DNA of 64,000 nucleotides from Escherichia phage JLBYU22: sequence record OK272484.1, one strand, 5' to 3'. Positions 1 to 10,455 of this stretch are shown here, one piece after another. Each line of letters begins with the position of its first letter. Positions within the stretch are counted from its first letter, which is position 1. Under the pieces are notes generated by a model. The model was given only the letters and a program-made list of their open reading frames with translations, ran no database searches and was not told the origin of the DNA. The translations under genes were made by a program, and so were the position numbers.

Positions 1-1484
1 ACTGGACTGCGGAAATTTCTTCGTCTTCCTCTGGTTTAGCTGCAGTAATAACTCTTGGAAAAATTATTACTGATTCTGGTATTTTATTAGCTGAAATTGA
101 AAATGCCGAAGCTGCTATGACAGCTGTTGACTTTCAAGCAAATCTCGAAAAATATGGAATTCCAGGAGTAGTAGCTCTTTATCCAGGCGAGTTGGGCGAT
201 AAAATCGAAATTGAAATCGTATCTAAAGCTGACTACGCAAAAGGTGCTTCTGCATTACTCCCAATTTATCCAGGTGGCGGAACACGCGCATCTACTGCCA
301 AAGCAGTGTTTGGATATGGACCACAAACTGATTCACAATACGCTATTATAGTTCGTCGCAATGATGCTATTGTTCAAAGCGTTGTTCTTTCAACGAAGCG
401 TGGTGAAAAAGATATTTACGATAGTAACATCTATATCGATGACTTTTTCGCAAAAGGTGGTTCAGAATATATTTTTGCAACTGCACAAAACTGGCCAGAA
501 GGCTTCTCTGGAATTTTAACTCTTTCTGGTGGATTATCATCAAATGCTGAAGTAACAGCAGGAGATTTGATGGAAGCTTGGGACTTCTTTGCTGACCGTG
601 AATCTGTAGATGTTCAACTGTTTATTGCGGGTTCTTGTGCCGGTGAATCTTTAGAAACAGCATCTACTGTCCAAAAACACGTCGTTTCAATTGGGGATGC
701 TCGTCAAGATTGCTTAGTATTGTGCTCACCACCACGTGAAACTGTAGTTGGAATTCCTGTAACTCGCGCAGTAGATAATTTAGTTAACTGGAGAACTGCG
801 GCAGGTTCATACACTGATAACAACTTTAATATCAGTTCAACCTATGCAGCAATCGATGGTAACTACAAGTATCAGTATGACAAATATAATGATGTGAATC
901 GTTGGGTTCCATTAGCAGCTGATATTGCTGGTTTATGCGCGAGAACAGATAACGTTTCTCAGACTTGGATGTCTCCAGCTGGTTATAATCGTGGTCAGAT
1001 TCTTAACGTTATTAAACTTGCTATTGAAACTCGCCAGGCGCAGCGCGACCGTTTATACCAAGAAGCTATCAACCCAGTAACTGGTACAGGTGGTGATGGT
1101 TACGTATTGTATGGTGATAAAACAGCTACTTCTGTTCCTTCTCCATTTGATCGTATTAACGTTCGTCGTCTGTTTAATATGTTAAAAACGAATATCGGAC
1201 GTAGTTCAAAATATCGTTTGTTCGAATTAAACAACGCGTTTACTCGTTCATCGTTCCGCACAGAAACTTCCCAGTACTTACAGGGAATTAAAGCTCTCGG
1301 TGGAATTTATGAATATCGTGTAGTTTGCGATACAACAAATAACACTCCGTCAGTAATTGATAGAAATGAGTTTGTTGCAACATTCTACATTCAACCGGCG
1401 CGCAGTATAAATTATATTACTTTGAATTTCGTCGCAACTGCTACTGGTGCAGATTTCGATGAGTTAACTGGTCTTGCAGGTTAA
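1..1484 (+). CDS. 18: Tail sheath protein gp18, C-terminal part (5' end lies outside the window; reading frame is open from nt 3)
   Basis: Open frame runs from window edge; position immediately upstream of tail tube gene as in T4; product size consistent with 659-aa gp18 C-terminus. Confidence 0.9.
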   Translation, partial: WTAEISSSSSGLAAVITLGKIITDSGILLAEIENAEAAMTAVDFQANLEKYGIPGVVALYPGELGDKIEIEIVSKADYAKGASALLPIYPGGGTRASTAKAVFGYGPQTDSQYAIIVRRNDAIVQSVVLSTKRGEKDIYDSNIYIDDFFAKGGSEYIFATAQNWPEGFSGILTLSGGLSSNAEVTAGDLMEAWDFFADRESVDVQLFIAGSCAGESLETASTVQKHVVSIGDARQDCLVLCSPPRETVVGIPVTRAVDNLVNWRTAAGSYTDNNFNISSTYAAIDGNYKYQYDKYNDVNRWVPLAADIAGLCARTDNVSQTWMSPAGYNRGQILNVIKLAIETRQAQRDRLYQEAINPVTGTGGDGYVLYGDKTATSVPSPFDRINVRRLFNMLKTNIGRSSKYRLFELNNAFTRSSFRTETSQYLQGIKALGGIYEYRVVCDTTNNTPSVIDRNEFVATFYIQPARSINYITLNFVATATGADFDELTGLAG

Positions 1485-1500
1485 TACGGTGCATTCTAAA

Positions 1501-1518
1501 GGCCTGTTTCGGCAGGCC
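1501..1518 (+). terminator. GC-rich hairpin (GGCCTG-loop-CAGGCC) downstream of gene 18
   Basis: Inverted repeat read directly; no strong T-run, so may be an RNA stability element rather than an efficient terminator. Confidence 0.4.
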
Positions 1519-1519
1519 A

Positions 1520-1527
1520 TATAAATA
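1520..1527 (+). promoter_or_regulatory. T4-type late promoter box TATAAATA
   Basis: Exact TATAAATA; T4 late promoters (gp55/gp33-dependent) use this -10 consensus. Confidence 0.6.
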
Positions 1528-1578
1528 CACTATATCCTTAATTCTTTAATTCTATATGCCCTAGGTTAAACATAGGGA

Positions 1579-1586
1579 TATAAATA
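1579..1586 (+). promoter_or_regulatory. T4-type late promoter box TATAAATA upstream of gene 19
   Basis: Exact TATAAATA ~15 nt upstream of GAGG RBS and ATG at 1601. Confidence 0.7.
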
Positions 1587-1600
1587 CTACAGAGGCTAAT

Positions 1601-2092
1601 ATGTTTGTAGATGATGTAACACGAGCGTTTGAATCTGGTGATTTTGCTCGACCTAACTTATTCCAAGTAGAAATTTCTTATCTTGGACAAAATTTTACGT
1701 TTCAATGTAAAGCCACTGCTTTACCAGCTGGTATTGTAGAAAAAATTCCAGTCGGATTTATGAACCGTAAAATTAACGTAGCAGGCGATCGTACATTCGA
1801 TGACTGGACTGTTACAGTAATGAACGATGAAGCTCATGATGCTCGCCAGAAGTTCGTTGATTGGCAAAGCATTGCTGCGGGGCAAGGAAACGAAATTACT
1901 GGTGGAAAACCTGCAGAGTATAAAAAGAGCGCTATCGTTCGTCAATATGCTCGTGACGCTAAAACAGTAACAAAAGAAATTGAAATTAAAGGTCTGTGGC
2001 CTACTAACGTGGGTGAACTTCAATTAGATTGGGATTCAAACAATGAAATCCAAACCTTTGAAGTAACTCTTGCTCTCGATTATTGGGAATAA
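1601..2092 (+). CDS. 19: Tail tube protein gp19
   Basis: 163 aa, same length as T4 gp19; synteny between sheath and portal. Confidence 0.95.
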   Translation: MFVDDVTRAFESGDFARPNLFQVEISYLGQNFTFQCKATALPAGIVEKIPVGFMNRKINVAGDRTFDDWTVTVMNDEAHDARQKFVDWQSIAAGQGNEITGGKPAEYKKSAIVRQYARDAKTVTKEIEIKGLWPTNVGELQLDWDSNNEIQTFEVTLALDYWE

Positions 2093-2099
2093 AATGAAT

Positions 2100-2113
2100 G
2101 GGGAGAAATCCCC
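2100..2113 (+). terminator. Hairpin GGGGA-GAAA-TCCCC after gene 19
   Basis: Inverted repeat with GNRA-type loop read directly. Confidence 0.4.
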
Positions 2114-2124
2114 ATCCTGCTTAA

Positions 2125-3749
<1,625 letters not shown>

Positions 3750-3750
<1 letters not shown>

Positions 3751-3989
3751 TGGAAGGTTTAATTGAAGCTATTAAATCAAACGACCTCGTAGCCGCTCGT
3801 AAATTATTTGTTGAAGCCATGGCTGCAAGAACGACTGATTTAATTAAAGAAGAAAAAATCGCTATCGCTCGTAATTTCTTAATCGAAGGTGAAGAACCTG
3901 ATGACGAGGATGATGACGAAGACGAAGATAGTGATGATAAAGACGACAAAAAAGACAAAGACTCTGACGAAGACGAGGATGATGAATAA
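3750..3989 (+). CDS. 67: Prohead core protein gp67 (acidic C-terminus)
   Basis: 79 aa with poly-Asp/Glu tail; TAATG coupling with gene 20; T4 order 20-67-68-21. Confidence 0.9.
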
Positions 3990-4414
3990 TGCTTCTGATC
4001 CCTGAAACTCATGAATTAGTTCTCGAGAATGTCGAAGCACTTATTCCTGAAGCACAGGGTCGCTTTGACGAATTGTCTTCTGCTTTAAATAAAGACGATA
4101 TAAATACAATTGTCGAGAATATGCTTGATGATGAAACTGATTTAGCGGTTGCATTAGCTTCTATTAATGAAAATATGCCGTTAAATGAATTTATCGTTAA
4201 ACATGTTTCTGCCCGTGGTGAAATTACTCGCACTAAAGATCGCAAAACCCGCGAACGTAATGCATTTCAAACTACCGGGTTGTCTAAAGCAAAACGTAGA
4301 CAAATTGCTCGTAAAGCTACCAAAACGAAGATTGCCAATCCAGCAGGTCAATCTCGTGCTCAGCGTAAGCGTAAAAAAGCTCTTAAACGCCGTAAAGCAT
4401 TAGGATTAAGCTAA
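3989..4414 (+). CDS. 68: Prohead core protein gp68
   Basis: 141 aa as in T4; synteny. Confidence 0.85.
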
Positions 4415-5052
4415 TGAATGAACCCCAATTACTAATTGAAACTTGGGGTCAACCTGGCGAAATTATTGATGGCGTACCAATGCTTGAATCTCATGATGGA
4501 AAAGACTTAGGTTTAAAACCTGGTTTATACATCGAAGGAATATTCATGCAAGCGGAAGTCGTCAATAGAAATAAACGTCTTTATCCAAAACGTATATTAG
4601 AAAAAGCGGTAAAAGACTATATTAATGAGCAAGTTTTAACTAAACAAGCTCTCGGAGAATTAAATCATCCTCCACGCGCTAATGTTGACCCGATGCAAGC
4701 CGCTATCATTATAGAAGATATGTGGTGGAAAGGAAATGACGTATACGGACGAGCTCGTGTTATTGAAGGTGACCATGGTCCTGGAGATAAATTAGCAGCT
4801 AATATTCGTGCCGGATGGATTCCAGGAGTTTCTTCTCGTGGATTAGGTTCATTGACTGACACAAATAAAGGTTATCGTATCGTAAACGAAGGATTCAAAT
4901 TAACTGTAGGTGTTGATGCAGTATGGGGTCCAAGTGCTCCAGATGCATGGGTAACTCCTAAGGAAATTACCGAATCACAGACGGCGGAAGCCGATACAAG
5001 TGCCGATGACGCCTATATGGCTCTCGCAGAGGCCATGAAAAAAGCGTTATAA
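4414..5052 (+). CDS. 21: Prohead core protease gp21
   Basis: 212 aa as in T4 gp21; synteny. Confidence 0.95.
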   Translation: MNEPQLLIETWGQPGEIIDGVPMLESHDGKDLGLKPGLYIEGIFMQAEVVNRNKRLYPKRILEKAVKDYINEQVLTKQALGELNHPPRANVDPMQAAIIIEDMWWKGNDVYGRARVIEGDHGPGDKLAANIRAGWIPGVSSRGLGSLTDTNKGYRIVNEGFKLTVGVDAVWGPSAPDAWVTPKEITESQTAEADTSADDAYMALAEAMKKAL

Positions 5053-5055
5053 ATA
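5048..5055 (+). promoter_or_regulatory. Late promoter box TATAAATA overlapping gene 21 stop, upstream of gene 22
   Basis: Exact TATAAATA; AGGA RBS and ATG 5083 follow. Confidence 0.7.
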
Positions 5056-5082
5056 TTATTATCTAAACAACAGGACTACAAA

Positions 5083-5892
5083 ATGCTTAAAGAACAACTG
5101 ATTGCCGAAGCGCAGAAAATTGATGCTTCCGTTGCTCTTGATAGTATTTTCGAATCAGTTAATATTTCTCCGGAAGCAAAAGAAACTTTCGGCACTGTAT
5201 TCGAAGCTACCGTCAAGCAGCACGCCGTTAAATTAGCTGAATCTCATATCGCTAAAATTGCTGAAAAAGCAGAAGAAGAAGTAGAAAAAAATAAAGAAGA
5301 AGCAGAAGAAAAAGCTGAGAAGAAAATCGCTGAGCAAGCTTCTAAATTCCTTGACCATCTTGCAAAAGAATGGCTCACTGAAAATAAATTAGCAGTAGAT
5401 AAAGGCATCAAAGCCGAACTGTTTGAATCCATGCTTGGTGGATTGAAAGAGCTCTTCGTTGAACACAACGTTGTTGTTCCAGAAGAATCAGTTGATGTTG
5501 TAGCTGAAATGGAAGAAGAACTGCAAGAACATAAAGAAGAATCAGCTCGTCTGTTCGAAGAACTCAATAAGCGTGACGCATATATCAATTATGTGCAGCG
5601 TGAAGTGGCATTGAGCGAAAGTACTAAAGATCTGACTGAGTCTCAAAAAGAAAAAGTCTCTGCTCTGGTCGAAGGTATGGATTATTCAGATGCATTCTCA
5701 AGTAAATTGAGTGCAATCGTAGAAATGGTGAAGAAATCTAATAAAGATGAAAGCACTATTACTGAGAGTATAAATACTCCTGATACTGAAGCAGCCGGAC
5801 TGAATTTCGTCACTGAAGCTGTAGAAGATAAATCTGCACAAGGTGCAGAAGATATTGTAAGTGTATATGCGAAAGTCGCATCTCGTTTCTAA
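5083..5892 (+). CDS. 22: Prohead core scaffold protein gp22
   Basis: 269 aa, Glu/Lys-rich coiled-coil-like composition; synteny. Confidence 0.95.
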   Translation: MLKEQLIAEAQKIDASVALDSIFESVNISPEAKETFGTVFEATVKQHAVKLAESHIAKIAEKAEEEVEKNKEEAEEKAEKKIAEQASKFLDHLAKEWLTENKLAVDKGIKAELFESMLGGLKELFVEHNVVVPEESVDVVAEMEEELQEHKEESARLFEELNKRDAYINYVQREVALSESTKDLTESQKEKVSALVEGMDYSDAFSSKLSAIVEMVKKSNKDESTITESINTPDTEAAGLNFVTEAVEDKSAQGAEDIVSVYAKVASRF

Positions 5893-5910
5893 TTTTAAAG
5901 GTTAACACAA

Positions 5911-7476
5911 ATGACTATCAAAACTAAAGCTGAACTTTTGAACAAATGGAAGCCATTACTGGAAGGTGAAGGTTTACCGGAAATTGCTAATAGCAAACAA
6001 GCGATTATCGCTAAAATCTTTGAAAACCAGGAAAAAGATTTCCAGACAGCTCCGGAATATAAAGACGAAAAAATTGCTCAGGCATTCGGTTCTTTCTTAA
6101 CAGAAGCTGAAATCGGTGGTGACCACGGTTATAATGCTACTAACATTGCTGCAGGTCAGACTTCTGGCGCGGTAACTCAGATTGGCCCAGCTGTTATGGG
6201 TATGGTACGTCGTGCTATTCCTAACCTGATTGCTTTCGATATTTGTGGTGTTCAGCCGATGAACAGCCCGACTGGCCAGGTATTCGCACTGCGCGCAGTA
6301 TACGGTAAAGACCCAATCGCTTCCGATGCTAAAGAAGCATTCCACCCAATGTATGGTCCAGATGCAATGTTCTCTGGTCAGGGTGCTGCTAAGAAATTCC
6401 CAGCTCTGGCTGCTAGCACACAAACTACAGTAGGTGATATCTATACTCACTTCTTCCAGGAAACTGGTACTGTATATCTGCAAGCTTCTGTTCAAGTAAC
6501 AATCGATGCTGGCGCGACTGATGCTGCTAAATTAGATGCTGAAATTAAGAAACAAATGGAAGCTGGTGCACTGGTAGAAATCGCTGAAGGTATGGCTACT
6601 TCTATCGCTGAACTCCAGGAAGGTTTCAATGGTTCTACCGATAACCCATGGAATGAAATGGGCTTCCGTATCGATAAACAAGTTATCGAAGCTAAATCTC
6701 GTCAGCTGAAAGCTGCTTACTCTATCGAATTAGCACAAGACCTCCGTGCTGTTCACGGTATGGATGCTGATGCTGAACTGTCTGGCATTCTGGCTACAGA
6801 AATTATGCTGGAAATCAACCGTGAAGTTGTTGATTGGATTAACTACTCAGCTCAGGTTGGTAAATCTGGTATGACCCTGACTCCGGGTTCTAAAGCTGGT
6901 GTATTTGACTTCCAGGACCCAATCGATATTCGTGGTGCTCGCTGGGCGGGTGAATCCTTTAAAGCTCTGTTGTTCCAGATTGACAAAGAAGCAGTTGAAA
7001 TTGCTCGTCAGACCGGTCGTGGTGAAGGTAACTTCATTATCGCTTCCCGTAACGTAGTTAACGTTCTGGCTTCAGTTGATACTGGCATTTCTTATGCTGC
7101 GCAAGGTCTGGCTACCGGCTTTAACACTGATGCTACCAAGTCAGTATTTGCTGGTGTTCTGGGTGGTAAATACCGTGTATATATCGACCAGTATGCTAAA
7201 CAGGATTATTTCACTGTAGGTTATAAAGGTCCGAACGAAATGGATGCTGGTATTTACTACGCTCCATATGTAGCTCTAACTCCGCTGCGTGGTTCCGATC
7301 CGAAGAACTTCCAACCAGTAATGGGATTCAAAACTCGTTACGGTATCGGTATCAACCCATTTGCAGAATCCGCTGCTCAGGCTCCGGCTTCTCGCATCCA
7401 GAGCGGTATGCCTTCTATTCTGAATAGCCTTGGTAAAAACGCTTACTTCCGCCGTGTATATGTTAAAGGTATCTAA
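5911..7476 (+). CDS. 23: Major capsid protein gp23
   Basis: 521 aa as in T4 gp23; contains LTE|A motif matching the prohead protease cleavage consensus near residue 65. Confidence 0.98.
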   Translation: MTIKTKAELLNKWKPLLEGEGLPEIANSKQAIIAKIFENQEKDFQTAPEYKDEKIAQAFGSFLTEAEIGGDHGYNATNIAAGQTSGAVTQIGPAVMGMVRRAIPNLIAFDICGVQPMNSPTGQVFALRAVYGKDPIASDAKEAFHPMYGPDAMFSGQGAAKKFPALAASTQTTVGDIYTHFFQETGTVYLQASVQVTIDAGATDAAKLDAEIKKQMEAGALVEIAEGMATSIAELQEGFNGSTDNPWNEMGFRIDKQVIEAKSRQLKAAYSIELAQDLRAVHGMDADAELSGILATEIMLEINREVVDWINYSAQVGKSGMTLTPGSKAGVFDFQDPIDIRGARWAGESFKALLFQIDKEAVEIARQTGRGEGNFIIASRNVVNVLASVDTGISYAAQGLATGFNTDATKSVFAGVLGGKYRVYIDQYAKQDYFTVGYKGPNEMDAGIYYAPYVALTPLRGSDPKNFQPVMGFKTRYGIGINPFAESAAQAPASRIQSGMPSILNSLGKNAYFRRVYVKGI

Positions 7477-7491
7477 TCTTTGACGATTTAA

Positions 7492-7507
7492 GGGACCTTC
7501 GGGTCCC
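7492..7507 (+). terminator. Rho-independent terminator after gene 23 (GGGACC-TTCG-GGTCCC followed by T-run)
   Basis: Perfect 6-bp GC stem with UUCG loop and downstream TTTAGTTGTTTTT. Confidence 0.8.
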
Positions 7508-7524
7508 TTTAGTTGTTTTTATGG

Positions 7525-7532
7525 TATAAATA
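7525..7532 (+). promoter_or_regulatory. Late promoter box TATAAATA upstream of gene 24
   Basis: Exact TATAAATA ~28 nt upstream of ATG 7560. Confidence 0.7.
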
Positions 7533-7559
7533 AATCATATAAACCAAAAGGAAAGCGCA

Positions 7560-8843
7560 ATGGCTAAAATCAACGAACTTCTGCGCGAATCAACCACAAC
7601 GAATAGCAACTCAATCGGTCGCCCAAATCTCGTTGCTTTGACTCGCGCTACCACTAAATTAATATATTCTGACATTGTAGCAACGCAAAGAACTAATCAA
7701 CCTGTTGCTGCTTTTTATGGTATCAAATACCTTAACCCTGATAACGAATTTACATTTAAAACTGGTGCTACTTACGCCGGCGAAGCTGGATACGTAGACC
7801 GAGAACAAATCACAGAATTAACAGAAGAGTCTAAATTAACTCTCAATAAAGGCGATTTATTCAAATATAATAATATCGTTTATAAAGTATTAGAAAATAC
7901 ACCATTTGCTGATATTGAAGAAAGTGATTTAGAATTAGCTCTTCAGATTGCAATTGTTCTTTTAAAGGTTCGTCTATTTTCTGATGCTGCAGTAACAAGC
8001 AAATTTGAAAGCTCTGATAGTGAAATTGCGGATGCTAGATTCCAGATTAATAAATGGCAAACCGCAGTTAAATCTCGTAAACTTAAAACTGGCATTACAG
8101 TTGAATTAGCACAAGATTTAGAAGCAAATGGATTCGATGCTCCTAATTTCTTGGAAGATTTGCTTGCAACCGAAATGGCAGATGAAATCAATAAAGATAT
8201 TCTGCAGTCTTTGATTACAGTATCAAAACGCTATAAAGTCACAGGAATTACTGATACTGGATTCATTGATTTGAGTTATGCATCTGCACCTGAAGCTGGT
8301 CGTTCATTATACCGAATGGTGTGTGAAATGGTTTCGCATATCCAAAAAGAATCAACTTATACTGCAACGTTCTGTGTTGCTTCAGCTCGTGCCGCTGCGA
8401 TTCTTGCTGCATCAGGTTGGTTAAAACATAAACCAGAAGATGACAAATATCTTTCACAAAATGCCTACGGGTTCTTAGCTAATGGTTTACCGCTTTATTG
8501 CGATACCAACAGCCCATTAGATTATGTAATCGTTGGCGTAGTAGAAAATATCGGTGAAAAAGAAATTGTTGGATCAATTTTCTATGCTCCATATACAGAA
8601 GGTCTTGACTTAGATGACCCTGAACATGTAGGTGCATTTAAAGTTGTAGTTGATCCAGAAAGTTTGCAGCCATCTATCGGTTTATTGGTTAGATATGCTT
8701 TATCTGCAAATCCTTATACTGTAGCAAAAGATGAAAAAGAAGCAAGAATAATTGATGGTGGAGACATGGATAAAATGGCGGGTCGTTCAGATTTGTCTGT
8801 TTTATTAGGTGTTAAGCTACCAAAAATTATCGTTGATGAATAA
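7560..8843 (+). CDS. 24: Head vertex protein gp24
   Basis: 427 aa as in T4 gp24; synteny. Confidence 0.95.
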   Translation: MAKINELLRESTTTNSNSIGRPNLVALTRATTKLIYSDIVATQRTNQPVAAFYGIKYLNPDNEFTFKTGATYAGEAGYVDREQITELTEESKLTLNKGDLFKYNNIVYKVLENTPFADIEESDLELALQIAIVLLKVRLFSDAAVTSKFESSDSEIADARFQINKWQTAVKSRKLKTGITVELAQDLEANGFDAPNFLEDLLATEMADEINKDILQSLITVSKRYKVTGITDTGFIDLSYASAPEAGRSLYRMVCEMVSHIQKESTYTATFCVASARAAAILAASGWLKHKPEDDKYLSQNAYGFLANGLPLYCDTNSPLDYVIVGVVENIGEKEIVGSIFYAPYTEGLDLDDPEHVGAFKVVVDPESLQPSIGLLVRYALSANPYTVAKDEKEARIIDGGDMDKMAGRSDLSVLLGVKLPKIIVDE

Positions 8844-8849
8844 AACAAA

Positions 8850-8865
8850 GGGACCGAAAGGTCCC
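8850..8865. terminator. Bidirectional terminator hairpin GGGACC-GAAA-GGTCCC between convergent genes 24 and rnlB
   Basis: Perfect palindromic stem flanked by A-run upstream and T-run downstream. Confidence 0.8.
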
Positions 8866-8871
8866 TTTTAT

Positions 8872-9876
8872 TTAACTTACCAATTCAATCCAAGCCGGAC
8901 GAAGTACATCTTGTACCATTTTAACTAATTCCTTCTTAATCAAGGAAGGATTATCCGCTTGAGTTAAAGTAATACCTTCACGAGAAGTTTCTTCCAAAAT
9001 ATCTTGAACAGTTAGTCCCATCACCTTTCCAAAATCTTTTGGACCAATTTCGCCAATTTTAGAAATAACGTTATTTACCCGATTCAGTGTAACGTAGCAA
9101 GCTAAAATTCCCAGCAATTTGTTATCAGCTTCTGACAGTTCAACTTTAACTTTAATAGGCTTATCAGACTTTTTCTTTTCGCTAAATTTAGAGTTCTTGC
9201 ATTTGATAGCTACGCGATTACCATTAGGCATCCAAGAAGGATAACAAGGTTTCAATACATATCCTTCAGCAGTAAATACTTCGCCTTTTGCTTCAGCATT
9301 CCAAACGCATTTATTTGCATCAACTAATCCAGCGTGGTCTACCGTAAAATTATAATCCTGGACGACAGAATCTAAATCATTTGGCAATTTAATAAGTTCT
9401 TCAAATTTACCACGACCCAAAAGTGGAGCCATTTTAAATTTGAATGTATTACAGAATGATTCCATCATATAATCATCGACATAAGTCACATCACCACTTT
9501 CTGTAGTAACAATAATGTCAAATACATAAAAATCTTTATCACCATAATCGACATTCTTCTGAATGCCAGGTCCAGCGAATTCGCCGAAGACTTGATAAGA
9601 TACAACTGCCGAAGTTTCCATAATATCTTGTACTGCTTTAATGGAATCAGCGTAATTCTTTAGAATAATTTCATACCCAAAGAAATCTTCAGCAGGAAGA
9701 ATCGGTCCAGTACGTTTAGCACAAGTTGCTTTATCGCGTTCAATAATCAGTGAGAAATTTGTGCCATGAATCTTTTCACGAGCTACCCATTCGCCGCCAG
9801 TCAATCCTAAACTGTAAAGTTTTTCAATGAATTTAGAATTGTAATGATTTTCAAGACTGCTATACTTTTTAAACAT
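8872..9876 (-). CDS. rnlB: RNA ligase 2 (Rnl2)
   Basis: 334 aa; KIHGTN nucleotidyltransferase motif I; position after gene 24 as in T4. Confidence 0.9.
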   Translation of the reverse strand: MFKKYSSLENHYNSKFIEKLYSLGLTGGEWVAREKIHGTNFSLIIERDKATCAKRTGPILPAEDFFGYEIILKNYADSIKAVQDIMETSAVVSYQVFGEFAGPGIQKNVDYGDKDFYVFDIIVTTESGDVTYVDDYMMESFCNTFKFKMAPLLGRGKFEELIKLPNDLDSVVQDYNFTVDHAGLVDANKCVWNAEAKGEVFTAEGYVLKPCYPSWMPNGNRVAIKCKNSKFSEKKKSDKPIKVKVELSEADNKLLGILACYVTLNRVNNVISKIGEIGPKDFGKVMGLTVQDILEETSREGITLTQADNPSLIKKELVKMVQDVLRPAWIELVS

Positions 9877-9885
9877 AATTAATCC

Positions 9886-10164
9886 TCAAAATGTAATTTC
9901 TAACCAATCACCATCACGTTGATCACTATTGACTTTAAAGCTAAATCCTTCTTTTCTCAGCCAATCACCAATTTCTTCAGTAATCAATTTATCGCGAGCA
10001 GTACAATAATAACTAAAATATGTTTTACCTTGTTCAGCTGCTTTATTAGCAAGTTCCGAAAAATCTTTAATAAAACACTCTAGCTTAAACTGTTTACTTT
10101 TAAGTGCTTTTTCGCGTAATTGATTAGCAAAAGATTCATTTTCATAAAGATCATACTGTTCCAT
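9886..10164 (-). CDS. Small hypothetical protein (position of T4 24.2)
   Basis: 92-aa ORF; synteny only. Confidence 0.6.
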   Translation of the reverse strand: MEQYDLYENESFANQLREKALKSKQFKLECFIKDFSELANKAAEQGKTYFSYYCTARDKLITEEIGDWLRKEGFSFKVNSDQRDGDWLEITF

Positions 10165-10366
10165 TTTTCACCTTTTTATTAATATGTCTTTTTCTATAGA
10201 CAACTTTTTCTCGAGTTTCAAATTTATTCTTAGCAGTCATAGCTCGAGCCCATAATACAGCCACTTCTTTTGCCTGTAAGTTCAATTCACGAGCAATTTC
10301 AATGAATGACTTTCCAGACTCATGAAGAGTAAACACCACAACTTCAGTTCTCATAATCAATCTCAT
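10151..10366 (-). CDS. Small hypothetical protein (position of T4 24.3)
   Basis: 71-aa ORF; synteny only. Confidence 0.55.
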   Translation of the reverse strand: MRLIMRTEVVVFTLHESGKSFIEIARELNLQAKEVAVLWARAMTAKNKFETREKVVYRKRHINKKVKNGTV

Positions 10367-10435
10367 GTTATCGAGTTGGTGCCATTATATACATCATTTT
10401 CTGAGTGTGTTTTGTGTGCTTTCAAAATGAAGAAA

Positions 10436-10449
10436 GGGGCCGAAGCCCC
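10436..10449 (-). terminator. Terminator hairpin GGGGC-CGAA-GCCCC downstream of hoc
   Basis: GC stem with tetraloop; U-rich tract follows on the minus strand. Confidence 0.7.
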
Positions 10450-10455
10450 TTATGA

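Noticed and set aside
5244-8457. Several antisense ORFs inside genes 22, 23 and 24 (5244-5588, 6097-6495, 7943-8191, 8263-8457)
   Set aside because: Fully embedded opposite highly conserved structural genes; low-complexity translations; no RBS.
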